NCBI GenBank assembly: GCA_013265495.1
Contig: MU058781.1
Location: forward strand, 4,713,050-4,777,049
Source of the DNA: Vicugna vicugna
Taxonomy: Eukaryota
Length of the DNA stretch: 64,000 bases
Direction: 5' to 3'
Part shown: positions 51,162-64,000 of the stretch, piece after piece
Numbering within the stretch: position 1 is the first letter of the stretch
How the letters are laid out: the number at the start of each line of letters is the position of its first letter
Translations under genes and position numbers: made by a program
The notes under the pieces: model-generated
Seen by the model: only the letters and a program-made list of their open reading frames with translations
What the model was told of the DNA's origin: nothing
Databases searched by the model: none

Positions 51162-51557
51162 GTGAAGCATCTTTTTTGAATGTAGCCTTCTCTTCCTTTT
51201 TGCTGCCTTCATGCCTCAGAGCCCTAAATTGGCCTGCCAACTTTGCTCCTCTCAACTGACGTACATTTCCACTCAGCCGCGGGCTCTCCAAAACGTGCTT
51301 TCAATCCTGTTTTCTTAGGACTCAATTTTCAAGAGATGAACAAATCCAGCAAAGCTGTGTTTGAATCCCAATTAACGTCCCTAAACCTTAATTTCCTCAT
51401 CTGTAAAATGGAGAGATTTCCTACATCAAATTAGATAAATTTCTCAACACTGGGCCTGACTCAGTGCTCAATACATACAAGTTTCTTAACTAAAGACCAC
51501 AGAGGCATCCAGCAGTGTAGATTCACAGAGGAAAGTAGGAGGGGAGGGGGCCTCTTT

Positions 51558-51690
51558 ATTTTTAATTTTTTTTTGATTGATGTAGAGTTGATTTACAACA
51601 TTGTGTTAGTTTCAGGTGTACAGCAAAGTGATTCAATTGTACATATACGTATGTATCTATATTCTTTTTTATTCTTTGCCACTATAGTGT
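51558..51690 (-). mobile_element. Short L1 3' tail
   Basis: 'tttttgattgatgtagagttgatttacaacattgtgttagtttcaggtgtacagcaaagtgattca'. Similar stubs occur at ~13690-13735 and ~54245-54380. Confidence 0.85.
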
Positions 51691-51911
51691 AGAGGGAGGC
51701 TCTTTAAAAGTAGTTAAATCACATTGTACTTTTTGATCTAGGGAAATTAAGCTAATCATATAGAATGGTTACAGGTGTTGTGATCTGTGAATCACATTTA
51801 GTTAGGAAGGCTAATTATTTAGGTTAAAATTCAAATTTTTTACTGGGAAAAAAAATCATGGGGAAAACAAAAAAGAGAGAAACTCAAGTCACTTTAACAC
51901 AGACGCTCTCT

Positions 51912-51914
<3 letters not shown>

Positions 51915-51962
<48 letters not shown>
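51915..51962. repeat. (CA)n microsatellite, about 24 units
   Basis: Uninterrupted CA run. Confidence 0.98.
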
Positions 51963-51964
<2 letters not shown>

Positions 51965-54900
51965 CTTTCAAGCATCCTTGAAGTCGATAAAATTGTGACC
52001 CTAATACATTAAGAAAAATGCCCTAAACCAGCCAAGAGTGAAAATAAACATGACTGAGCAATAAATTGGGATCTCCTTCACTCTCCTTCTACCTCCCACG
52101 TGCTTGAGTTCTGCAGGAGAAAACAGTCCACATGGAGGCTCTGGTGTATTCACGCCCCACCCCCGCCCTCTCTGCACGGGCCTCCCCCAGGTGACTCCAG
52201 GCCCAGGCATCCAGGAGCACTGTATAAACATTAGCTGATGCAGATGGAATGAGCAGATGTCTGGCGTCCCGAGCCCAGGCTGTGAGGGACAGGCAGTGAG
52301 AGTCAGGAGGAGGCTTAGAGGGGAGCGGCACCCCGCTTCCCTGCCTACTCCCCCATCCCTGGGTGCCAATGGTGGGGAGAAGTGCTGATTCTAGCATGTA
52401 GTGACTCCCTCCTCATTGCCTCCCCCGAGACCACGACTCCCAGACCCAGGCAGAGCAGACAGTCAGAGCATCTTGGAGAAGACCTAATCCGATCGGTCCA
52501 TGTGACAGATGAGGACACTGAGGCCTGGAGGCTTTAAAGGGCTTGATCAACCTCCTATACCAATTTACTGCAAAACCCAAAACAGATTCCAGGTCTCCTG
52601 CTTTTAGAGCAATCCTCTTCTTTTGTGTCTACTGCTTTCATAGTATGATCCAAGATCATTCATCCAACTTCTCATGAAATCCTCACTTTATGCCAGGCAC
52701 CGTGGCAGGCATTTGAAACAGTAAGACTCCCCCATGGCAGAAATAAAAGATCTCTCTGCAGAGGCCAAAGAAAGACCAGTTATTCTGGGAGCTTCTGGTC
52801 CTTCAACATCAAACAATTGGTAAGCACCTACTATGTGCCACATTCAGTACTGGGTGCCAGAAAAGAGAGAAATGGATAAGATTCTCCTTCTCCTCCTTGG
52901 GATACTCCTAGTTGAAGCTAGATTCCACTAAAATGGATCAACAGAGAGGAGATTCAGGCCATGAATTAACATGGAATAAACACAGATAACGAATAGACAA
53001 GATTAAATATTTAGATTCTGTATTGGCCAGGGGTTAAGTGGATTAGTGGAGTGATGAGTTGGGCAGAGTTATGGGATTTCCATGTTTAGACAGGGTGGAT
53101 TAGGGTGTCTAGCATATGGAAATGCAAATCGAAACTGCTATCATCAGCATTAACACCCTGTATTCATCTCTAGAGCTGCCTTTCTGTCAAAGGGCGGAAG
53201 GCGCAGGACAGACTACATCTCGCCTGTCTTTATGACATCCTGGTGAGTCAGAGAGCCAGTGCTGTCATTCCCAGACTCCTGGTGAGGAAACAGAGCCAGG
53301 CAGCGAGTGGGAAAGTCAAGAGCCACTAAAACGGAGACCTGGCCCCTCTCCACCTCCAGTCCAAATGCCTCCAGAGCACTTTTGCAATTCAGACAGGCAC
53401 CAACCTGATGACCTGTTGTAACCCAGCCCTTTTGATCACTCACCTCAAAGGAGGAAAAACGGCGAGCTACTTTATAATTATTCCCCAAGTACTGCAAATA
53501 AATGTTTTGGATTCTCCATAGAGCGTAAGTTTCTTAAGGGCAGGACCTCAAGCGCCCCGTCGCTTGCGGCTCTGTAGATGCAGCAGGTCTGTTCCTTCTT
53601 CCTGATGACAAAATGGTCTAGGGAAGAAACAGCACAAGAGAAAGACAGCTGCCCACCAGGCACGGTTCCTGCTGCCCGTCCACTTCCCGTCCTGCACACC
53701 TCCTGCGCCTGTGACGCCTGCTCCTGAAACAAGTCTCAACCCGATCAGTGACTCACTTAGACGCCCCTGAAATCACTTGCTTGACTCGGCCGCCAATAGA
53801 CACAAAAAGGGGTTATTCATGGAGCCCTGTGAGAAGTGCCCGAAGACCAAGCTACGTTGTTGTTCTGGATGGAGGAATTCCATGACCACATTCTCATGCG
53901 CATCCCACAGATACCGCTTGTCAAAGAATAATTAGGGGCACAGGCCTGCATTTGGTTCCAGTGCCAAACCTGTGTTTGCTCCCAAACCTGAGGCCCATTC
54001 GCTACCCAGAGAAGTTGGAAAAAGTCTTTTTCAAAAATGATTAACATGTTGCTTCTCCATAGCATCATACATTTTGGACTGCATTTGTCTGTCTTCCGGG
54101 CCCCTGTTATGGGCGAGTGCTAATTTGCAAAGCAGTCCTAAGAGAGGTTAAATGTGGACACAGTGGCGTGGAGAAGTCTGGGTTTGGCTCCAGGCCCTGC
54201 CCCAGCATTAGCAATGTGGGCAGCCTGCTAATGGAAGTTCTTTGTTTTTCTTGTTTTTAATTGAAGTGTAGTTGATTTACAATGTTAGTTCCAGGTGTAC
54301 AGCAAAGCAATTCAGTTATACATATACATACATATATATTTTCTTTTCAGATCTTTTTCCATTATATCTTATTACAAGAAACCTTTTGACTTACGGATAA
54401 GCTAAGGCCGTGGCACATTAAATACTCTAACTTTAAAACAAGGCCTTAGTCCCTCACTTCTAAAAAGTGGGAACTGTTCTAGCCAATCTCAAAAGCCTCT
54501 TTCAGCTCCGTGCTTCTGACTGCAGTTTACCTGCCTGTAATCTTCCCTGCCATAAACTCTATCCTGTGAGATAAGGTGAGGAACCTCACCTGTGCTTGCT
54601 GGGAACCGTTCCAATCTTACCACGCATTGCAGTCAGACAAATGCGGCAAATTGGTGCCAGGTGTGGGCAAATAGGCCTGTGACCTTTATTCACCCTCCTG
54701 TTGGGTGTGCTCTGCCCTGGTTCATTTCCCTGTTTGAATACCCTTTATCGCCACCCTACACAGAACGGAACTTGATTCCTGACCCTGGACCATCTGTTCC
54801 ACCCACCACTCCTGCCACCATTGGTTCCTGCCAATTCAGCTACCATTTTCCCCAGAGAGATGGCGCGTCCTAGGCCTTTGTGTCTCCTCCAAAACCCACT

Positions 54901-56809
54901 GATGCTACAACTAATTTCTCCTTGCCTCTAGTTCATCCTCCGCTGGGTCTTCAAAGTGTGTCCATTACTGCTTCCCCGACACATTGTTTTGCTCAATAAA
55001 TGAGAACATAACACAGAGCCCTGAAGGTCTAAGGGAGTCTCGGCCCTTGAAAGGCTGACTTATATGTTGCTGTCCTGGTGAGTCTGCAAAAGGAACTGTG
55101 AGTTCAAAATGGCTTTGGCCTTCTGTGGCAGATAGAGGGCAATATTTAGAGGATGGGAGCTGGGAAGTCCCTCAACAGTTAAAATATTCCTTGAAAACAC
55201 AAACTGGCAGACTGAATTCATTATTGTCGTTTTTTTTTTCTTTTAAAGCAGAAAAAACATTTTTCAATACTCGGGTTATGTGCTTTAAACATTGTCCTGA
55301 CATCTGTTCTTTAAAAGCACAATAGAAGGCACGCTTTCAACTACAAACAGATAAAATATGGAAACACAGCTCTGCATTTCTGGGCTCCGGACATGCTAAG
55401 TAATAGGGATTTGCATGACTAAGCTTCTACTATGCTGACATATGCAAAATTCAGGAGCAATCCAATCGGTCTTCTTAGTTTGACAATGTTTAAATGAGAA
55501 ACAGCCTTCACCCTGGGTCTGAAGACTTTGTGAGCTCACAGGAGAACCTGACTGCACTCAATTTAATAGCAATTTTAGAACAGATCTACCTAAATACTAA
55601 GTCTCTTTAACTAATAGTGATGCAGGCAGTGATTCTAATTACGGGAACAAAAGGTCAGTAGAGATTAGACCAGGGCAATCGGGCACAATTCATCTGAGAA
55701 TTGGCTCAAGCTGCTTTTTAAGAGCTCACCTTTACTTGTAAATAATAATAATTATTATGATTATAAAAACCCTGGACCTAATGAATATTTATCCTGAAAC
55801 TTAGTTCAAGCGTAAGTTTTTGTAGCAAGATTTTTTTTCTTTTGCTGTAAGAGGTGCTACCTCATAACAATAAATGAATTCTCAAAAGCTTAGTCAGTTG
55901 AACACTTCAGTGGCAGCGTCTGTTCTGTTCTTTTCAATGACAGTAAAAGTGGATTAGGGGTTCTAATCGAATTATTCTTCCCAAAACGTCAATTACCTAC
56001 TCAAAAAAAGACTCCCATTTTGAATTTCCTGGATCAGCCTTAATTTCAAATTTTCTGTGGCCATTTCACAATAAGTAATTAAAATGTCCTGGAAATTCTT
56101 CATTGTTTGTTTGTTCAGGGAGGAGGGACGCATTCAAATAGCATTGAAACTCTGAGTTTGCTGGCGTATCTTGACGTGGGTTCAGGAAATGTACTCACTG
56201 CCCAGAACTCGAGAAAGAGTTTTAGCCGCCCACGGGTACCTGGATGAGTTCACAGGACAAAAACACAGCCAAGCCCCCAGTTTCACTGGTCCAGCCTGAA
56301 CCTGCATTGAGACTGGCTTTCTCTAGTGTTTCCCCGTGTTTATAGATTAGCTGCTGGTGATGGCTCCAGTTCACTGCTAGAACCAGGTGTCAGGAGTCAC
56401 TGGCCAACCACACCTGAAACCCATTTCACAGAGCCTGGCAGAAAAGATAGTGTGGCTGACAGGTTAGTGAGCCCATGTAGGGCCTCTCCTGGGTGCTACC
56501 TCCCTCCATCCTTAGGACCAGTAATAGTGATGCAAGAGGAGATTGTTGGCCCCAAGCATCTGAGGTATGATGGTTCTCAGGGGATTGGAAAAGGATGCTG
56601 GTGATTTGAGAGTGGCAGGGACCTGCCCACCCAGGTCCGCTGTGGTGGCGGGACCTCTGATGGAGCAAGAGAAGCCCAGAAATGCCTGCCTTCTAATCAG
56701 CCCCAAAAGACTGCTCACTAAGTTATTCAGCAATGATGGTGAAGATCTGAAGACCAGTGGCCCTTCCTTAAATTTTCAGGACTGCCTAGGCGTCCGAGTC
56801 TCTCGCCTT

Positions 56810-57075
56810 AGTGCCTCCCAAACTGTACTATGCACACGAATCACCTGGATCTCTTGTTAAAATGCAAATTCTGATTCAGTAGGTGGAACCCAAGATTCCG
56901 TGTTACTAATACACTTTTGGGGGGGGGAGGTAATTAGGTTGGTTGGTTTGTTTGTTTATGAGGGTGCTGGGGATTGAACCCAGGACCTGGTGCATACTAA
57001 GCATGTGCTCTACCACTGAGCTATACCCACCCACCCTGTGTTGCTAATAAGATTCTGACAACCACACTTCGAGTC
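56810..57075. mobile_element. MER5A-like hAT-Charlie element, interrupted by a SINE
   Basis: 'gaatcacctggatctcttgttaaaatgcaaattctgattcagtaggt' and the terminal 'accacacttcgagt'. Related remnants occur at ~60100-60270 and ~62720-62910. Confidence 0.75.
56914..57036 (-). mobile_element. tRNA-Ala-derived SINE (vic-1-like)
   Basis: 'gtgctggggattgaacccaggacctggtgcatactaagcatgtgctctaccactgagctataccc' with a TSD-like gtgtt(a/g)ctaata. Confidence 0.9.
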
Positions 57076-57422
57076 GTTCCTTAGTCCGTTTGGGCAGCTA
57101 TAACAGAATACCATAGACTGGGTAGCTTATATAAAGAAATTTATATTTGAACAGAAATTTAGTTTTGACAATTCTGGAGGCTGGAATGTCCAAGATCAAG
57201 GCACCAGCAGATCCAGTGTCTTGTGGGGTCCTGCTTCCTGGTTCTGGGTCCTCACATGGTAGAAGGAAGGAGGGGGCTCCCTGGGGTCTCTTTTATAAGG
57301 ATACAAAGCCCATTCATGAGGGCTCCACCCTCATGACCTCATCACCTTCCAAAGGCTTTCAACCTATGTTAGGATTCCAATCTGCGAATTTGGGGGAGGA
57401 TACAGACATTCAGTCCATAACA
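57076..57422 (-). mobile_element. MLT1A-like LTR
   Basis: 'cttagtccgtttgggcagctataacagaataccatagactgggt' through 'acagacattcagtccataaca'. Confidence 0.88.
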
Positions 57423-59154
57423 TACCCTGTTACGGACTGAGAGGGATGTGGAGAAGCCCACCATGGACGGGTCATAATGGCCAAATTACCAGCCCTGGGA
57501 GGTGGCGCCCAAGGAGACAAATTCAATTTGACTTAGAAAAATTAAATTAGTGAGGTTTCCCACATCCATGTGTTGTGGAGCACATTCAGACTCATTTCTG
57601 GGGCGACACGCTTGCCCACTAGTGATTTAAAGCTTTAAAACAGCTGTTACCCATCAAATTGAGCCGTCAGCAAGGACCGGCACTCTGTGTGAGCACCCAC
57701 AGAGCCCCCACGGGGTCCCTGTATCATCCACTGTCTGCCCTTCACCCAACAGGTCCCTCACCACTTGCTGTCATCTCAACCCAGAGGTCATAACGAACGG
57801 TTTTTCAGTTATTACAGTGCTTTTATTTTTATAGTGGATGATTTTTGTAAGTGCTTTAAGAACCATTTCATAATTTCATTGTTTCCCTACTTCAAAGTTG
57901 AAACTCCTAGCTAAATCCTCTTTTACTGGAGCCCCAGGTTCTGAGCCTCTACCAGGTATCTGCCATCACGCTGGGCTCTTAACACACACATCGCCTCACC
58001 CCACCCCCCAACCCCGTCCCCTGAGAGAGAGGTATTATGAGTCTCATTTTTTGGCTGGGGAAATTGATTCTCAGAGAGTTTAAATAACTTGTCAGGTTCA
58101 CTTGGTACTAAGTGGTTGATCTGAAAATTTAAAACAGGTCCACTCACTCCAGATCTCCTTTTGTTTGCTGTCTCTATCTGGCCAAACTATCCCGGAGCCT
58201 TCTCCCGGGTCCACAAACAGCCTTCAGATCATCCACCAACGTTAGGTTCTACTTCCCTGTAGACCATCATAACATTTCCAAATAAAATAGAAAAATACTC
58301 TGTACCAGGGGCTTACTCCTCCACTCTTTTCTTAACATCCATTTGGAGCTTTCCCAGAAAAGCGGTCACCATAGTGTCAAGTCTCAAGAATATGCCTGAT
58401 CTTTGATTCATCTTAATTTTCCAGATGTCTACTGAGAGTTTCAAAAGCTATTTCCAGTCCTTCGGAAAAGCTTCTCTAACAAAGAATTCTCTATTCCTAG
58501 AGGGCTAAATACAGCTTTCTTAGAGTTTAAGACACTGTAGACACTGCCAGGTCTTACCCATTCCTAAAAGGATACAAATCTCTATGGGGTTTCAATTTAA
58601 CACTCTCCCTTCTCATTAAGAAACTTTTCCAGGAATTCACTGAGAATTTCCCTCATCCCTGAGACAGCTGACATCGCTAGGTCTACTAGTATAGAGATCG
58701 TAAATTGCTCCTGAAATCATTAGTTTGGGATCCCCTGTCTTTCAAGTCAAACTGAAGTGTGCACGGCGCGGGTTGTCATTATACCAGAAGGCAGGTAGCA
58801 CTAGTAGCAGGGAGACCTGGATTCAAATTTGACTCTAAAACAAGCCGTGAAACCCTGGGCGCGCTGCTTTACTTTTCCGAGTCTCAGCTTACTTAATTGC
58901 AAACGATTAGCCATGGTAGTTGAACAGAAGGCCGTTTCAGGATGAAGTGAGATATTCTACGAAAAGCACCTGGCTCAAAGTCGCTATGCAGTAGAATGAA
59001 TGAGAGGCCTCTCGCAAGGTAGAGGTTTTCAGACCCTGTTCCTTCCACACTCTGTTTTGTTTTGTCTGAGCTGAGTGATGGGTAGGGGGAATCCCAGTCA
59101 CTTTTATATTTCTCCTCCCATCAGCTAGCAATCTATTTTCTGGCAGTGAGGTCT

Positions 59155-59193
59155 TTTCCATCTTAGTCAGGCTCTTTCCATCTTAGTCAGGCT
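59155..59193. repeat. 20-bp tandem duplication
   Basis: tttccatcttagtcaggctc followed by tttccatcttagtcaggct. Confidence 0.9.
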
Positions 59194-62100
59194 GAAAGCC
59201 AAATAATAATAATCAAAGAAGAATCTTTTCCATCAAGGTATCGTTAATTCTTCTAAGACTGTAAAATTGGGCGAAGTACGGGTCAAGCTAAAATTCTGTC
59301 ATTCTTCTGAGATGATGTGTTGGGCCATGTCTTGACTGCATTAGGTCTTATCTAGATGACCTCTCTTTGTGCTGCAAAAACAGCTCAGAAAGTACACATA
59401 TAGACTGTGGTTCGCCCACAGCTGTGTACGCCATCCATCCACCCCTCAGTGACACCCTGTCAGTCCTCTATATTGAACTCCTATCCTCCGATTATTCAAA
59501 TTCTACATATAACCCAGATCCTGCTCTTTCTTTCTGTCTCAGAATTATCTGGCTAAAGAAAATTGCTTTCCATGTCTGCGTTCAAATCCAGGTCAAAATG
59601 GTCCCTTTTCCCCTGCTCACTATCCTGCCCCGACGCCCCTCCGAGGCCCCCAGGACTGAGCATAGAGAGCTAGGTACAGGGTTGAATGATTGAGTGAATA
59701 AATGAACAACTGTTCCGGCAGGTTTGGGCACTGTGTCAAGTGTGCTAGGACACAGGCCATCTGCTTTGTATCTTAACACCACACAGTGTTTGAGTCATTT
59801 CTCTTAGGTCGTTCCAACCCCCCAAGCACCAGCACACTGAGAGCCATTCAATAACCCCTCTTAGCCAGGGAATTCAAAGTAGTGCGAGATAAGGGGCAAT
59901 AATTAACAGTCCTATGAAATGAGGTCTTTGGGAAAGGGGAGAGAATTGCAAAGGTACAAACAGAACCCAGGTGTCCTTGCCCCAAAGACACGGCCTACAG
60001 GATCAGCTGCACATGCCTCAGGACGGCACGGACCCCCTTCACAGCCTGCATCCTGTCACTCCGCGTCACAAACCTTATGCTCAGATGCCCTAGTTCCTCG
60101 CTACTGAGAGTGTGTTTGTGAACCCGCGGCATCATCCAGGAATTTGTAAGAAATGCATGATCTTGAGCCCTCCCCAGATGTACTAAATCAGGATCTGCCT
60201 TTTAGCAAGATCTCCAGATGATGAAAACGCTATTGGTCTGGGAACTCCACATACTTCAAGTAGCATGGCTCTAGATTACCCATCATCCTCTGAAGAAGTC
60301 CCATGTGGTCCTAGCTCCAAGCCGTTGCTCATATTATTCCTTCTGTTTACAGTGCTCTTCCTCATCTTCTCTCTGTAAATTCTACACAATTTCAGTTCCC
60401 AGGCAAAAATTCCCAGAGGACCCGTCTCAGCACTAAGCAAAGAGAGGAGCTTGCTTATCGTACCCTGTGTCTGCGTTCCTACCCGCCCCGAATTGTATGT
60501 AGTTGTTTGTATGTGTTGGTCTCTCCTGCAGGAGTGAGTTGGTCAACAGAAAAGACCATGTTTATTTATCACATATCATATGATATGTGCATAATAAGTG
60601 TTCATTGAATCAATATTGACTCTAGCCCCATGCTCTGTGATTTTCGTATGTTCAGTAGTTTTCAGAAGAAGCCACCTGGCTTAGGAGACATCCCCCCAAA
60701 TTTCAACATGTGCCATGCTTAGCAGACTGCAAATGCCCATGTGCTTGCTGAATGGTGGCCCACCTTGACACAGAAACTTAAGAGATTATATATAATATTA
60801 TATACCACGTATGTCCTCACAGATGTGCTGAAACAGAATAGCGGTCTACTCCTGATCATCTTTGGCGGGTGATTATATATTGCAGAGTAAATGTAAAGGT
60901 TGATTTGTAACCCATCAGTAGGAGCCTTAATGGCCCAAAACAGGCTCTTGTAATGTTTTTCTCTGCCAGTCCAGGAGCGCACAATAACAAGCTTTGTGGG
61001 TAGGTTAAGTTGATGATCAGGAAAAGAATATTTGCAAAACACACTTTGAAAATGGACGGCATTGAAATAAACCATAAATTCGTCTCATTATTTCCTGCTT
61101 TTTACTCCAGCCTCATTCGTGACGATACTCTAACAGCTTGGTTTGAAATGACTACTACTACGAAAATTTCCTCCTTTCTCAGGGCCCCAGCCAAACCCCA
61201 CTGGAAATGAAAGAACTGAGTAGAGAGATGGTTGAAATTTCCCGTAAGTTGAATTTTTTTATTACAGCGACTGCTGCTTTAAAAGCCGGTCGTAACACAT
61301 ATGGCTTACAAATGATTGCCTCATGTAGGGAAAGCAAAATTCTCTTTCTCCAAGTAGATGTGCACTTGCCCAAATCCTATAGGGTGGTTAACATGTTTAG
61401 AATTGAGATCCTGTAGCAGACGAGGTTCTGTTAAAGGCGCCACCGACAAGTGGGACAATGCGTATTTGTGCCTTCCTCGTCACTGTGTGCCAAGATTGTC
61501 CTGGACTGCCGGGACATTTATTATGAGGCTCAGTCACTGACAGTCCATGACTAACAACAGTTTTAGAATTTTAGGATGAAGATAAACCTCAAGATCATGT
61601 CATCCAATGCTTGAATCTCCCAGATAACATCCCTACCGAGTGGTCATCCAGCCAAGACCAGAGTACCTCCAGTAACAGGGAGGTATCTTTACCTCCCCAA
61701 ACATTTAGGTTCCATAAGTCTGGTCTACGCTTCTTTACGTTCCATCTTTTCCCAAAGAGGAGCCCAAGAACAGCATTTTTAGAATCCCACCATCAGGAGA
61801 AGTCAGGTCCAGTGGTTCCCAATCTTGGAACCTCTGGGTTCAAGTTCGAAATTTCAGGGAAACAGAATCTGCTTAGTCTAACTGGATGCCACTCCTTGTC
61901 CAGAGAAAGGCCACCACCATGGAGACCACATGCAGCAGAGATGGGGAGTCCTTCAAAGTCAGAGAAGGTCCTGGCACCAGAAAAAGGAAAAACAGTGCTA
62001 GACTGACAAAAACCAGACAGATGTTTACAAACTCACATTCCTGCTTTTGCTCAAACCTGGAATAACCTCCTCAACCCCCTTACAATTCTAATTGGTGGCC

Positions 62101-64000
62101 TGGATTCCGGCTCCGCTCCCTTTCCCACACTCACTGCATCTTGCCTTGTTGTATAGACACCAATGTGCTTGTACATCCCACTTTCCCTACCAGACTGTAA
62201 TCTCTTGGAGGGCGGGGAACCACATCTTTCCATTTTTTATCTGCCACAACAACCACATACAAAGTACACGCTTACATACTGTTGCTGTTTTCCAAATCAT
62301 GTTTTCCAAAACAGCAGAAAATGTCTTACTTCAAGCAGACGTATACCCAGACAGCAGGGTGAAGGGTAGGAAGTTGCGAATAACCCTGGGCGCTTAAACG
62401 CGTTCCTTATAAGATTTTATGACATATGGGATTTCCACTGGTTAAATAAAGATTTCTTTTTCATGATTGTAGTGTTAAGTTGAGATATCTCAGCATGTTA
62501 CTATTCATCCTCTGACATTTTAACTACTATTTCTATCCTCTCATGAAGTCAACAACCCGTACCTGGGTCAGGACACAAGAATATCAAGATGAGCATCAGA
62601 TGTGTCTCTGCCCACAAGGAGCTCACCATCCTTGAAAAATGGGGACAGAAAAATAATCAGGGATTACAGTATGAGAATCTGGATGCCAGTGGAATAGACT
62701 AGGTGCCTCCCGAATCCTCTAGGTCAGAGTTTCTCAAAGCCCAATGTCAAACTTTCTGCAACAAACCCGCTCCTGGGACTTCTTACGCTGCAGACACCTA
62801 GCTCCATGTCCGACCCATAGAATCAAGCATGTAGCTTAGAGCTGGGGCTGAAGAGCTTTTAACAAGTGCCCTGAGTTTATGTCATGCACAGTGTATACTA
62901 AGAGTTACTACTCTAGTCATAAATTCTTGAGATTTGAGTTTGCAGAATATTACAATATGGACATTTCAAAGCCAAAAAGAAAAACCCCCCAAAATTGTTA
63001 AAATCCCAACAAAACGACTCACACTATAAACTCACACTAGCTCATCACGTAATGAAAGGAAACTTCCATGCAGTATTATATTCACTTTCCATGGGCTGCC
63101 AGTTACCAGCATACGTTGTTCTGTTGTTAAACCCTGCAGGAGATGGATGGCCTGCTTGACGAGAAGAGTTTTTTCAGACTGGCAAGTGGCTGGAATGTTG
63201 CCTGGTCCGGGCGCTGGTGAGAGGCTGCACCAGACGTCAGCACATCCGGGTTGCACGGTGAGCTTTCTGTTAACTGCGACCTGCAGTGGTCGTCATCCAG
63301 GCATACGTGGACCCCATGACAAGTAGGTTTTTTCTGACAAAGGGAAAGAAGCAGCAACTATAACATGTGTGTAGTTGAGCTGGAACAAGGTGCTATTGAC
63401 CCAGTCAAAGGATAAAGAAGAAATGTCATCTAATTTCTCCCTTTTCTAAATTCCCTGATAACTAACAAAAAGTTTGTAAAAGGTTAAAAATTAAAAGTCT
63501 GTCTTTCGAACCAGCAGGTTCCAAATCGTTAGGGGACAATGGAACAAGGTTGGCGTTAGAGCTCCAAGCTTTAGCCCCAGGCTGCCTCATGACAGATGTG
63601 GGGGCAAGTCCCCCTACCCCTGGACCTCACCTGTCTGATGCTGTAGCACCCACTCTGCCTCCGGGGTTTTGCTCAGAGCCTCAGTTATGGATGCAAAAGT
63701 ATTTCACATGCTCAAAGTCTGGGCTTCCTATCCAGGGGTCCATGGACCTCCTTCCTTGGCCTCGGCTTCAGGATCTGAGTGAACATCCTGATGTTATAAG
63801 TAAAATCGGGCACATATAGGCATGTGCTTTTATCTGGGGAGAGGGTCTGTAGCTTTCATCAGATTTTCAAAGGAGTCTCTGACCTAAATGAGTATCCTGT
63901 TCCTCTTCTCTCTGTAATTAATTACCAAGTGTTTACTGAGCCTTTACCGTGGAATCTGTCATTAGTGGTGCAGCGAGCCTCCACTTCTCTTCTAAACTTT

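Noticed and set aside
54851..54868. CTCF-like site (also ~55128 and ~57495)
   Set aside because: Only the 3' half of the motif matches, which is not supportable without scoring.
1..64000. CRISPR array, operon or prokaryotic defence system
   Set aside because: The DNA is mammalian. I saw no repeat-spacer array and no dense coding structure.

Overview
Mammalian, repeat-rich, apparently intergenic or intronic DNA. It is most likely camelid (camel/alpaca/llama), judged from seven copies of a tRNA-Ala-derived SINE resembling vic-1. I can support no intact cellular protein-coding gene. Most listed ORFs look like chance or repeat-derived frames. Recognisable content: a processed RPL31 pseudogene (minus strand, 30079-30482) with a same-orientation ERV1-type LTR directly upstream of its ATG; a young 5'-truncated L1 with a perfect 17-bp TSD (46870-48463); older L1, L2, MIR, MLT1, MER21, MER74 and MER5 fragments with several nested insertions; a near-perfect ~394-bp tandem duplication (15153-15939); three CpG-rich patches; and several repeat-free, motif-dense blocks that may be enhancers. 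I see no convincing new multi-gene system. The best lead is the LTR-RPL31 retrocopy chimera. Repeat family names are from recall, not a database search, and boundaries without TSDs are approximate.
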